64,000 bases of DNA, from NCBI GenBank assembly GCA_022484695.1, contig JAKVKU010000006.1:76003-140002 (forward strand), given 5' to 3'. Shown one piece after another: positions 1 to 8,553 of this stretch. This stretch comes from Lactobacillus sp. GTDB lineage: Bacteria; Bacillota; Bacilli; Lactobacillales; Lactobacillaceae. Every line of letters starts with the position of its first letter. Position 1 is the stretch's first letter. Under the pieces are notes generated by a model. It was not told where the DNA came from. It worked only from the letters and a program-made list of their open reading frames with translations, and ran no database searches. The translations under genes and the position numbers were made by a program.

Positions 1-1026
1 GCTATCAAAACGACGGTTGCCAATTATAAAACCGTTCAGACGCAATTGCGACGCAAACCCATGGCCTATGCCACCGGTAAAAAAGATAAAAAAGGTAAAG
101 AAATTTATCTAAAAGTCCCCAGAGACTTGCACTGGCTTTGGAAGCCGATCTATTTCAAGCGCCCGCAAGCTGACTTAGTTCGTAATCGGGATTGGTCTAT
201 TGTTGCAAACGGTGAAAAGTTGTCCATCAATACGCTTCAAGGTCGGGTGAAAGCTCGTTTTGTGTTAAAAACTGGCTTTGAACAATATCTGGATGGCACC
301 TGGGAGTTTGGCGGCGCAAAACTAATTAAGTCTGGGACCAATTGGTTTTTACACATTGCAGTCAATAAAGAATTTTCTGAATTGGCTCGTACTGATATGC
401 AACACGTCGTAGGACTTGACCGGGGGATCCGGCAATTAGTCACCGCTTATGATGACCAGGGAAAAACAACGTTTTTCAATGGTCAAGCCATCAACCGTAA
501 ACGACGCCACTATAAAGCACTGCGGGCTAGTTTGCAAAAACACAATACCAGAAATTCCAAACGACGTATCCGTCAAATAGGCAATAAAGAGAACCGCTGG
601 ATGACTGATATCAACCATCAGCTGTCTAAGACACTTGTTGCGAAGTACGGACCGAATACCTTGTTTGTTTTAGAAGATCTGGTCAACGTTCGTTTTGCCA
701 CAGAAAAGACGGTCAAAGATAAACGCTATGAGCAAGTATCTTGGGCGTTTTATCAGCTGGAACAGCTGTTGACCTACAAGGCTATTCAGGCAGGTGCTGC
801 AGTTATCACGGTTAGTGCGATTTATACCAGTCAGCGCTGTCCTCACTGTGGTGAGATCAAGAAGACGAATCGTAAGCACCAACTGCACGCCTACCTATGT
901 TCAAATTGCGGTTACCAATCCAATGATGATCGTGTCGGTGCCATGAATATTCAATTTCTGGGTACCCAGTACGTCGATGGCGTGAAAAAGCCCAAATTCA
1001 AAAAGAAAAAAAGTGCGAACGGGTAA
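1..1026 (+). CDS. tnpB: IS200/IS605-family RNA-guided endonuclease TnpB (5'-truncated by the window edge)
   Basis: Frame is open from base 1 (AIKTTVANYKTVQTQLRRKP...), so TTG46 is not the true start. RuvC-I VVGLDRG, RuvC-II VLEDL, Zn-finger CPHCG...CSNCG, RuvC-III NDDRVGAMNI. Confidence 0.95.
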   Translation, partial: AIKTTVANYKTVQTQLRRKPMAYATGKKDKKGKEIYLKVPRDLHWLWKPIYFKRPQADLVRNRDWSIVANGEKLSINTLQGRVKARFVLKTGFEQYLDGTWEFGGAKLIKSGTNWFLHIAVNKEFSELARTDMQHVVGLDRGIRQLVTAYDDQGKTTFFNGQAINRKRRHYKALRASLQKHNTRNSKRRIRQIGNKENRWMTDINHQLSKTLVAKYGPNTLFVLEDLVNVRFATEKTVKDKRYEQVSWAFYQLEQLLTYKAIQAGAAVITVSAIYTSQRCPHCGEIKKTNRKHQLHAYLCSNCGYQSNDDRVGAMNIQFLGTQYVDGVKKPKFKKKKSANG

Positions 1027-1263
1027 ACCTGTTCAATTGCCGGTGAAGTCGATCATCGGGCTGTTGGGATCCTTAGATAAGTAAGACCCAGTAGTAAGTA
1101 ACGCCAACACAGCGCGTGCTTATCACACGCAAACTACGTGGGAGACCGGAAGGTTGTTAGACCACATAGCGTTAGGCGTAAGTCTAAAGGCATCTATCCA
1201 AATGCCCTCGCCACTTGGTGGTGAGAGACAAGCTCGGTACTTTAGTGCCGAGAATCATTGACG
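1..1263 (+). mobile_element. Right part of an IS200/IS605 (IS1341-like) element
   Basis: tnpB plus subterminal hairpin CTCGGTAC-TTTA-GTGCCGAG (1234-1253) followed by AATCATTGAC. Right end placed at about 1263 by analogy to family ends. Left end and any tnpA are outside the window. Confidence 0.75.
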
Positions 1264-1283
1264 CTAGTGCCCTCCAAAGATAT
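1027..1283 (+). ncRNA. Candidate TnpB omega/reRNA scaffold (about 1027-1263) plus flank-derived guide (about 1264-1283)
   Basis: Non-coding stretch after tnpB with several stems: GCGTG/CACGC, TTAGAC/GTCTAA, GGCAT/ATGCC, CTCGCCAC/GTGGTGAG (1208-1226), terminal hairpin 1234-1253. Boundaries inferred. Confidence 0.65.
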
Positions 1284-1498
1284 ATTAGCTAATAGGCTCA
1301 ACAGCATAATGCCATCAGGCAGCAGACGACAAGATACAAATTGAATTTAAACTATTAACATCATAACTATAACGGAAACAGGGCAAGGCGTTAGGTACAA
1401 TAATGGCATTTTGTCCCAGCAAATGGGGCTATATGTATGAGAAGATGATAGAAGTAGGTAAAGATAGGAAAGAAAGTTTTAGGCTGATTGCAAATAAA

Positions 1499-1615
1499 CA
1501 ATAATTATTACCATTAGAGATTGATTTTAAAATAATTCCAATAATTATTAAAAGTTAGGCTTGATTAACATCACTATTTTCATTATACTTGAGTAGTAAA
1601 CAATAATTATTATAA
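1499..1615 (+). promoter_or_regulatory. ahpC sigma-A promoter with three PerR/Fur-like boxes
   Basis: TTGATT (1561-66)-17 nt-TATACT (1584-89). CAATAATTATTA occurs at 1499, 1539 and 1601; 1601-1615 matches the PerR consensus TTATAATNATTATAA at 13/15. Confidence 0.65.
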
Positions 1616-1633
1616 ATAAGGGGGATTTATCTC

Positions 1634-2197
1634 ATGAACTACATTAATCAAGAATTACCAGAATTTACTGTGAATGCTTACCAAAAAGGTGACACCCATC
1701 AAGTGACCAAACAAGATGTTTTAGGTAAATGGGCTGTCTTCTTCTTCTACCCAGCTGATTTCTCCTTCGTTTGTCCCACTGAATTAGGGGATCTACAAGA
1801 TCATTACGCTGACTTCCAAAAAGCCAACTGTGAAGTTTACTCCGTTTCAGAAGACTCAGAATTTGTACATAAAGCCTGGGCTGAAGCTACGGATACCATC
1901 GGTAAGGTGCAATATCCAATGTTAGCTGACCCAGCTGGGAAATTAGCCCGCTTCTTCGATGTATTAGATGAAGATGCTGGCCAAGCTTTCCGGGGCGTAT
2001 TCATTATTGACCCTGAAGGCAAGATCAAATCTTACACCATCAACGATATGGGCATTGGCCGTAACGCCGGTGAAATCGTTCGTACTTTGGAAGCTGCCCA
2101 ATTTGTAGCTGAACACGGGGATAAAGTTTGCCCAGCTAACTGGCATCCTGGTGAAGAAACCATCACACCAAGCTTAGATCTTGTTGGCAAGATTTAA
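1634..2197 (+). CDS. ahpC: Alkyl hydroperoxide reductase subunit C (2-Cys peroxiredoxin)
   Basis: FYPADFSFVCPTE peroxidatic motif, VCPANW resolving motif, GGGGA RBS. Confidence 0.97.
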   Translation: MNYINQELPEFTVNAYQKGDTHQVTKQDVLGKWAVFFFYPADFSFVCPTELGDLQDHYADFQKANCEVYSVSEDSEFVHKAWAEATDTIGKVQYPMLADPAGKLARFFDVLDEDAGQAFRGVFIIDPEGKIKSYTINDMGIGRNAGEIVRTLEAAQFVAEHGDKVCPANWHPGEETITPSLDLVGKI

Positions 2198-2215
2198 GTA
2201 AAGGGCGTGGCGTAA

Positions 2216-3904
2216 ATGAGCGATACCAAGCAAATTTTTGACATTATTATTGTGGGGGCTGGCCCCGCAGGCCTGTCCGCTGGTATTTATGCCGGCCGGG
2301 CAACGTTGAACACGTTAGTCCTGGAAGCCGATCAAGTAGGCGGCCAAGTCACCACCACCTCCGTGGTCATGAACTATCCGGCGGCCCCTAAGATCAGTGG
2401 CACCAAGTTGATGCAGCAAATGGCCCAACAGGCTGATGATTTTGGCGTGACCATTACTAACGATACCATCACTGGCCTGGATTTAAATGGAGACGTGAAA
2501 GTACTCCATGGTAAGAAACAAGATTATCGCGCTTATAGTGTGATCTTAGCCACTGGTGCTAAGCCACGGGAGGTTGGTTTCCCTGGGGAAAGCGAATTTC
2601 GAGGCAAGGGCATAGCTTATTGTTCCACCTGTGACGGGGAATTATTCAGTGGTTTACAAGTGTTCGTTGTGGGGGGCGGCTACGCTGCTGCTGAAGAAGC
2701 GGACTATTTGACCCGTTATGCCCGCCATGTAACGGTGTTATGTCGCGCCGATGCGTTGACTTGTGCCCCATTAACGGCCGCCAAGGCTTTGAATAACCCT
2801 AAAGTTGATATCAAATACCACACCGAAGTGGTTGGTGTCAGCGGTAAAGATTACTTGGAGACCGCTACGTTCAAGGACACCCATACTGGGGAACAGACCC
2901 AGTATAAGGTCGCTGATGGGGATATGACCTTTGGCATGTTTATCTACGTGGGCACGAAACCCGCCACAGCCATGTTTAAGGATCAGATCAACTGTAATGC
3001 CCAGGGTTATGTCTTAGTGGATGCTGAACAAAAGACCAATGTCCCTGGGGTTTACGCAGCGGGGGATGTGGTTGCTAAAGATTTACGGCAAATTATCACC
3101 GCTGCCAGTGATGGGGCCACTGCGGCCACTACCGCTGAGCATTATGTGACGGCTTTGAAGCAAAAACTCAATATTCCGTTACATCCCGTTCAACCAAAAC
3201 CAAAAGCAGCGCCTAAAGATATGGGTCAAAGTACGCAAATCTCTGAAGCTAGTGCCCCCGAACCAGCCCATGCCGGGGCGTGGTTCTCCAGTGAAATCAA
3301 GCAACAATTACAACCGATTTTTGCCCGGTTAACTGATAATGTGACGCTACAGCTGTTAGATGATGGCTCCACCAAAACCCAGACCCTATTGGGCTTTGCC
3401 CAGGAATTTGTGACCATGGACAAGCATCTCAGTTTGAAAGTCACCAAGCAGTATCCGGAAAATGTCCGGGTGCCAGCTATTCAATTGTTAAACGCCCAGG
3501 ATCAACCCACTGGCTTACAGTTCAGTGGTATTCCCAGCGGCCATGAATTGAATTCGTTAGTGTTAGCTATCTATAATCTAGCTGGCCCTGGCCAAGCTGT
3601 GGATCCAGAACTGAAGCAACGGATTCAACAATTACCACAACTACAGATTGAAATTGGCGTGGCCTTGACCTGTCATTTCTGCCCAGACGTGGTGGCCGCT
3701 TGTCAGCACATGGCCGTGATTAATCCGAAAATCAGTGCCGAAATGATCGACCTCCAAGAATTTCCAGCTTATCGCAAGGACCATCATATCATGAGCGTCC
3801 CAGCTACCCGCATTAACGATGGGGAGACCATCTTTGGTAGCCAAACCTTGGAACAATTAGTGGCCGCTTGCGAAGCGCAAGCCCAAGTGAAAGCTGAAGT
3901 TTAA
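2216..3904 (+). CDS. Thioredoxin reductase with C-terminal AhpF-type thioredoxin domains (AhpF homolog)
   Basis: GAGPAG FAD motif, CSTCD redox centre, GVYAAGD, Pro/Ala linker, then double thioredoxin fold with CHFC. Directly downstream of ahpC. Confidence 0.9.
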   Translation: MSDTKQIFDIIIVGAGPAGLSAGIYAGRATLNTLVLEADQVGGQVTTTSVVMNYPAAPKISGTKLMQQMAQQADDFGVTITNDTITGLDLNGDVKVLHGKKQDYRAYSVILATGAKPREVGFPGESEFRGKGIAYCSTCDGELFSGLQVFVVGGGYAAAEEADYLTRYARHVTVLCRADALTCAPLTAAKALNNPKVDIKYHTEVVGVSGKDYLETATFKDTHTGEQTQYKVADGDMTFGMFIYVGTKPATAMFKDQINCNAQGYVLVDAEQKTNVPGVYAAGDVVAKDLRQIITAASDGATAATTAEHYVTALKQKLNIPLHPVQPKPKAAPKDMGQSTQISEASAPEPAHAGAWFSSEIKQQLQPIFARLTDNVTLQLLDDGSTKTQTLLGFAQEFVTMDKHLSLKVTKQYPENVRVPAIQLLNAQDQPTGLQFSGIPSGHELNSLVLAIYNLAGPGQAVDPELKQRIQQLPQLQIEIGVALTCHFCPDVVAACQHMAVINPKISAEMIDLQEFPAYRKDHHIMSVPATRINDGETIFGSQTLEQLVAACEAQAQVKAEV

Positions 3905-3928
3905 ACTAAAAATTTCAAAACACATCTG

Positions 3929-3978
3929 AAAAAACATCCATTGAACAGGACAGCCGCTGTTTACTTGGATGTTTTTTT
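3929..3978 (+). terminator. Intrinsic terminator of the ahpC operon
   Basis: AAAAAACATCCA...TGGATGTTTTTTT inverted repeat with inner AACAG/CTGTT stem. Confidence 0.75.
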
Positions 3979-4092
3979 CGACCATGAGGCAGGTGAAAGT
4001 TGCGCTGCAAGGCCTTTCTTTTTTTCAGATATTGCCAATTTACTAAGACTGTGTCTTAATAAAGATACTTCAAAGAACAAGAGGTCAAAAAA

Positions 4093-4425
4093 TTGTTATA
4101 TTACCTATGCGCAATCATCACCACTTTCAGTGCCTTAATGAGTTGCGGTTTTGCCGTGGCTGCCCGTAACACAGCGGGGACCAATGTCAAAGCCCGCCGC
4201 AATGCCAATTATGTATTAGCAAGAAGCTTTAGCCTGCTGTTAGGCGCCATTGGAACCCTATTCCTAGTGAATCGGGGCTATTTATTGACCATCACGGGCC
4301 TGCTAATCTTGATACAGGGACTGGATGGCTATATTGCTCGGCAGGACGGTGGGGTGCGGACCTGGTTGCCCTGGTGGTTAGCTTTAGGGAACGCGCTCAT
4401 TTTATTTATCTACTTAGCGGCATAA
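4093..4425 (+). CDS. Small hypothetical integral membrane protein
   Basis: 110 aa, about 4 hydrophobic segments, GAGG RBS before TTG, terminator 4426-4462 directly after. Confidence 0.7.
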   Translation: MLYYLCAIITTFSALMSCGFAVAARNTAGTNVKARRNANYVLARSFSLLLGAIGTLFLVNRGYLLTITGLLILIQGLDGYIARQDGGVRTWLPWWLALGNALILFIYLAA

Positions 4426-4489
4426 CTTCTGGCAGGATCAACAATCCTCCGGAAGTTTTTTTATTTAAATTTGACTTTACTAGCGGATA

Positions 4490-4507
4490 TAGTTAGTGTA
4501 CAAACTA
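4490..4507. promoter_or_regulatory. Putative MarR operator
   Basis: Imperfect 18-bp palindrome TAGTTAGTG|TACAAACTA 24 nt upstream of the marR start. Confidence 0.5.
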
Positions 4508-4531
4508 GACGATTTTATGGGGAGTTTTTAA

Positions 4532-4945
4532 ATGAATACAGGTTATCTATTAATGAATATTGCCAAACAATTGCGCCATAGTTTAAATCAGGCCTTGGCC
4601 AGTTTTGAGATGACCAGTCAACAGTGGGCCGTTTTGCAGCAACTGGTCATGGGTCAAGGCACCAGCCAGTTGACGGCCAGTCAGTTAGCAGTGCAATTGG
4701 ATATGGATAAACCCACGCTGTCGGGGATTATTGGGCGGTTGACCAAGAAGGGGTTCTTGACCCTGGCCCCTGATCCCAATGACGGCCGGCAAAAGATTTT
4801 GACGTTGACCCCCAATGGTTGGGAGAAAGTCGAAGTTTTCCAAAATATTAGCAATCAAGTTTTAAACCAATATCTGCAACGGTTATCGGCTGCCGAACAA
4901 AACGAGTTGAACCAACTACTGAATCGCTTAAATGGGGGCAATTAA
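4532..4945 (+). CDS. MarR-family transcriptional regulator
   Basis: wHTH signature LAVQLDMDKPTLSGIIGRLTKKG...DPNDGRQKILTLT. Confidence 0.93.
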   Translation: MNTGYLLMNIAKQLRHSLNQALASFEMTSQQWAVLQQLVMGQGTSQLTASQLAVQLDMDKPTLSGIIGRLTKKGFLTLAPDPNDGRQKILTLTPNGWEKVEVFQNISNQVLNQYLQRLSAAEQNELNQLLNRLNGGN

Positions 4946-5858
4946 TATATTGGAACGAATTTTAGTGATTGGCGGCACTGGCAATATCGGCTTGCCTTTG
5001 ATTGCAACTTTAACGCAACAAGCCGATGTGGAAGTTATTGTCGGCGCTCATCATTTGGCTGAAGCTACCACCACGCTTTTGGCGAAATTTGGATATTTGG
5101 ACATTCGCCGCTTTGATTTCTTAGATCCCAGCACTTTTCCCGGAGCTTTAAAGGGGATAGATAAGATTTTCTTCGTGCGCCCACCGCAACTGGGTAAGCC
5201 TAAAACTGATATGTGGCCATTTTTAACCTATGTTAAGACCCAAAACATCCAACAAGTTGTTTTCGTATCTTTATTGGGCGTGGCTAAGAATCCCATGACT
5301 CCCCACCATAAAATTGAAAAGATGATTGAAAAACTAGGGCTGCCTTACACCTTTATCCGCCCTAGTTTCTTTATGCAGAATTTAAGCAGTACCCACCTAG
5401 CCGACATTCAACAACACCATGATTTATTTATTCCCGGCGGTCACGCGCAAACTAGTTTTATTGATACCCGAGATATTAGCGCCGTGGCAGCCAAGGTATT
5501 GACCCGAGCCAAGTATTTGGGGCAAAAGATCGATATCACTGGCCCAGCGGCTTTGACCTATACGCAAGTGGCAGCCATCCTGACCCGGGTCCTAGGCGAA
5601 AAAATCACCTACAGTCAACCCGGCCTATTGAAATTTCGCCGGACCATGATTCACCGGGGAATGCCTAAAGCCTTTGCCAATGTGTTGACCATGCTGTATT
5701 TCATAACGCAAATGGGCAATGCTACGGAAGTCAATGATAACGTGGCGGCAATTTTAGGCCGACCGCCCATTGATTTGGCAACTTTTGTCCAGGATTATCG
5801 GGGGATTTTTTTAGGGGAAAAGGCCAGAGCTGGGGTTGATGCTGATTATAAAAAATGA
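4932..5858 (+). CDS. NmrA-like / atypical SDR NAD(P)-binding oxidoreductase
   Basis: GGTGNIG Rossmann motif, YTFIRPSFFMQN. Overlaps marR by 14 nt. Confidence 0.88.
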   Translation: MGAINILERILVIGGTGNIGLPLIATLTQQADVEVIVGAHHLAEATTTLLAKFGYLDIRRFDFLDPSTFPGALKGIDKIFFVRPPQLGKPKTDMWPFLTYVKTQNIQQVVFVSLLGVAKNPMTPHHKIEKMIEKLGLPYTFIRPSFFMQNLSSTHLADIQQHHDLFIPGGHAQTSFIDTRDISAVAAKVLTRAKYLGQKIDITGPAALTYTQVAAILTRVLGEKITYSQPGLLKFRRTMIHRGMPKAFANVLTMLYFITQMGNATEVNDNVAAILGRPPIDLATFVQDYRGIFLGEKARAGVDADYKK

Positions 5859-5887
5859 TAAGCGTTTTTCGCTTATCGTCCACAAGA

Positions 5888-6622
5888 CTAATTTGAACTA
5901 TCCGTATTTAAATGAATAGCACCTTGCCACCAGAGGATATGTGAGTCGTAACGGTTTAAACGGATGACGGTACCATCGCTATAGACGACCCAAGCATCCC
6001 CTAGGTAAGCTGGGGCCACATTACCACCTAGCATAAATCGAGTTTGAAGGACGTAGTAGTTTGAACCATAGTAATCATTTTCAACCAACTGTCCCGGGTC
6101 TAACTCGATAAAAGCGTCAAAGTTGTCCCCTAAAGCTTTCACGACATCATAGATATATTTTTTGCCCCCAACAATATTATTAACATCTGTCGTGGTCACA
6201 ATATAATCAATATCATGGGTCAAGACGTTCAACTGGGCATCATCCGCACTACTGACGGGGACCTTCACTTGATTAGCTTGAATCCACTGGTCGCCGCCCA
6301 CATCAAAATAATAGCCATCGGCGCGGCGGGTATAGCCATAGATCTGCCATTGGGAATTGACCGGTAGGACCCGATTGAATTGTTTGTCCGAGGTATTTTG
6401 ATCAAAGAGATTGGCACCCCATTGGCCGTTGACTATTGCTACGGATTGGTAGGGGTAATAGGTATCTAATGTGTCATAGGGTGAGGAGAACATCGGGATA
6501 TTAGTGGCAGGGTATGCCTGAACTGTTTCACTTTTATATAACAGTAAGGGTAGTAAGAGTAGGGTTGTCAAAATGGTTATGAATACCTTGGATCGAGTTG
6601 ATTGCATCAAGAGACACCTCAT
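5888..6622 (-). CDS. Secreted protein with SLAP-like cell-wall-binding domain
   Basis: N-terminal signal peptide (...VQA cleavage). LPVNSQWQIYG...GYYFDVGGDQWIQANQV resembles the SLAP domain. Confidence 0.7.
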   Translation of the reverse strand: MRCLLMQSTRSKVFITILTTLLLLPLLLYKSETVQAYPATNIPMFSSPYDTLDTYYPYQSVAIVNGQWGANLFDQNTSDKQFNRVLPVNSQWQIYGYTRRADGYYFDVGGDQWIQANQVKVPVSSADDAQLNVLTHDIDYIVTTTDVNNIVGGKKYIYDVVKALGDNFDAFIELDPGQLVENDYYGSNYYVLQTRFMLGGNVAPAYLGDAWVVYSDGTVIRLNRYDSHILWWQGAIHLNTDSSN

Positions 6623-6764
6623 TTTCTAATTTTAAAATAAGTAATTGCTTACCCTTAGATTAATAACACCAAGTGAATTTTGCAAATAAATTTTCGCTTT
6701 TCAGGTTAAAATCCAGGTATTTTCCCGCCAATCGTGCTATTCTTTTGTTAAATAAGTAACAAAT

Positions 6765-6778
6765 CAGGGCATTCCCTA
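6765..6778. promoter_or_regulatory. Palindromic box CAGGG-CATT-CCCTA (shared with lctP and lutA promoters)
   Basis: See finding; upstream of TTGACT (6795-6800)-16 nt-TATAAT (6817-22). Confidence 0.55.
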
Positions 6779-6794
6779 GGTTTAAGGGAACCTG

Positions 6795-6822
6795 TTGACT
6801 AAATCTGGAAGCGCTTTATAAT
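6795..6822 (+). promoter_or_regulatory. FNT promoter with overlapping cre-like site
   Basis: TTGACT-16-TATAAT, with TGGAAGCGCTTTAT (6806-6819) between and overlapping the elements. Confidence 0.6.
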
Positions 6823-6979
6823 CATAGATATATAAAATGTTTTTTATATAAAAATTTTTATTTAGTAACGCTGATCGGAACTTCTTGCCGACGAATGGCC
6901 ACTTTTGGAGTAAATTTGAGACCTAAAAAAGTTGCTGTTATAAGACAGTACATATTAGGCGCTCAACGAGGAGGACGCA

Positions 6980-7807
6980 ATGCATAGTATTACAACTAGT
7001 GAGACAATTGACGTATTGTCTGAAAAATCTGTGGGAAAGAGTCATTTAGGGCTTGGCAAGCTAATGTTCTTGGGAATCATGGCTGGGGCATATATTGCCA
7101 TTGGCTATTTGGCGTTTATCCGGGTATCAGGTAGTACCCCGAAGGAATGGGGCAGTTTTTCAACTTTCCTAGGCGCTTGTTTATTCCCAATTGGCTTGTT
7201 AGCCATCACATTTTTGGGTGGTGAGTTAGTCACCGGTAACATGATGGTGATGACTTTTGGCTTTATGAAGCGCAAAGTGTCATTATTCGCAGTTATTAAA
7301 AACTGGATCTTGGTATTATTCGCCAACTGTGTTGGTGGGGCTTTAGTCGGTTATTTCTTCGGTCACGTGACTGGCTTGACGGAAGGGGCTTTTGCGGCTA
7401 AGACCATCGCCGTGGCCACGGCCAAGTTATCTGATTCACCGTTAGCCATGGTGGTATCTGGTGTGGGCTGTAACATTTTAGTTTGTATGGCCATTTTCAT
7501 CGGCGCTATGAGTAAAGACTTCTTTGGGAAAATCTTTGGGATCTGGTTCCCAATCATGATCTTCGTTGTCTGCGGTTTTCAGCACGTGGTGGCCAACGCC
7601 TTTATCCTGGCAGCAGGAGTATTTGCTGGCGCTGGCTTCACAGCAGGTCAATTGATTCAAAACATTCTATTAGTCTTCTTAGGCAATGCCATTGGCGGAT
7701 CGTTATTCATGGCAGTACCCGTGTACTTTGCCAATCGTCAAGCCAAACCAGCACCTGCACCAGCGGCAGAAAAAGTTGAAGATGCTAGTCAACACGCGAC
7801 AGCTTAA
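6980..7807 (+). CDS. Formate/nitrite transporter (FNT) family channel
   Basis: GIMAGAYIA, GGELVTGN, NCVGG, GFQHVVAN, GNAIGG family motifs. Confidence 0.93.
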   Translation: MHSITTSETIDVLSEKSVGKSHLGLGKLMFLGIMAGAYIAIGYLAFIRVSGSTPKEWGSFSTFLGACLFPIGLLAITFLGGELVTGNMMVMTFGFMKRKVSLFAVIKNWILVLFANCVGGALVGYFFGHVTGLTEGAFAAKTIAVATAKLSDSPLAMVVSGVGCNILVCMAIFIGAMSKDFFGKIFGIWFPIMIFVVCGFQHVVANAFILAAGVFAGAGFTAGQLIQNILLVFLGNAIGGSLFMAVPVYFANRQAKPAPAPAAEKVEDASQHATA

Positions 7808-7820
7808 CGTTAAAATTTGA

Positions 7821-7863
7821 AAAATAGCAGGTCACCGAATTGTCGATGACCTGCTATTTTTTT
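7821..7863. terminator. Bidirectional terminator between FNT and DUF1440 genes
   Basis: AAAATAGCAGGTCA...TGACCTGCTATTTT perfect 14-bp stem. Confidence 0.85.
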
Positions 7864-7874
7864 ACAAATATTGG

Positions 7875-8402
7875 TTAATCTAATAGGGAACGGGAACGAC
7901 CGTATTTCAATACCCAATTACTTCGGAAGACTTCAATCGTCCACATCCAGACCATATGGCCCAGGGCTTCGGAAATATGCTCTTCAATGGGTTGATTCCA
8001 AATGGCTGGGACGGTACCCATGAGGGGCATGATGATCAAGTGAAAGGCTACCCAAACGGCTAACCCAAACACCATCCCTTGACCAATGGTGATTTTTGCG
8101 TACTTTTGCGCTAACAGACAATAAATAATGGCAAAGGCAATTGAAAAGCCAAAGTGAACGATGAAACTCACCCAAGGCATTTGCGCACCTGAATAAGTAT
8201 ACGTCAGATGGGTGATGTGCTTGGGGATCCCAATTTGTTGCAACAGCATTTGGGGTGGGTTGGTGAGATTTCGCAGTGCGGTCCGGGGTGGTAAAATGTT
8301 TTCCCAACCTAGTTTTACCAGACCGGAAATCAGACCCCCAAAAATCCCAGCCCAAAGCAAGGTGCTAAGTGATACGCTTCTTCTGGTAGATGCCATGATC
8401 AT
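7875..8402 (-). CDS. YagU/DUF1440-family inner-membrane protein
   Basis: GLISGLVKLGWE..LPPRT, VHFGFSI, EHISEALGH motifs. GGAGG RBS favours the ATG at 8402 or 8396. Confidence 0.85.
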   Translation of the reverse strand: MIMASTRRSVSLSTLLWAGIFGGLISGLVKLGWENILPPRTALRNLTNPPQMLLQQIGIPKHITHLTYTYSGAQMPWVSFIVHFGFSIAFAIIYCLLAQKYAKITIGQGMVFGLAVWVAFHLIIMPLMGTVPAIWNQPIEEHISEALGHMVWMWTIEVFRSNWVLKYGRSRSLLD

Positions 8403-8553
8403 AACCTCCATGATAATAATAATTACATCTTCATGATAGTATGCTGGATTATAAAAACCAAGTTTAATTGCGAAAAAGGTAACGAACTTTACTAATTCGT
8501 AAGAAACAAAGGGCTTTCAGAAAAATTGGTCTAATATTTAGGGTATCTGTAGC

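Noticed and set aside
1284-1498. Purine-rich stretch between the IS end and the ahpC promoter as a gene remnant
   Set aside because: No coherent reading frame or recognisable homology on either strand.
3941-4138. 65-aa ORF after ahpF
   Set aside because: Crosses a terminator and overlaps the better-supported 4093 gene.
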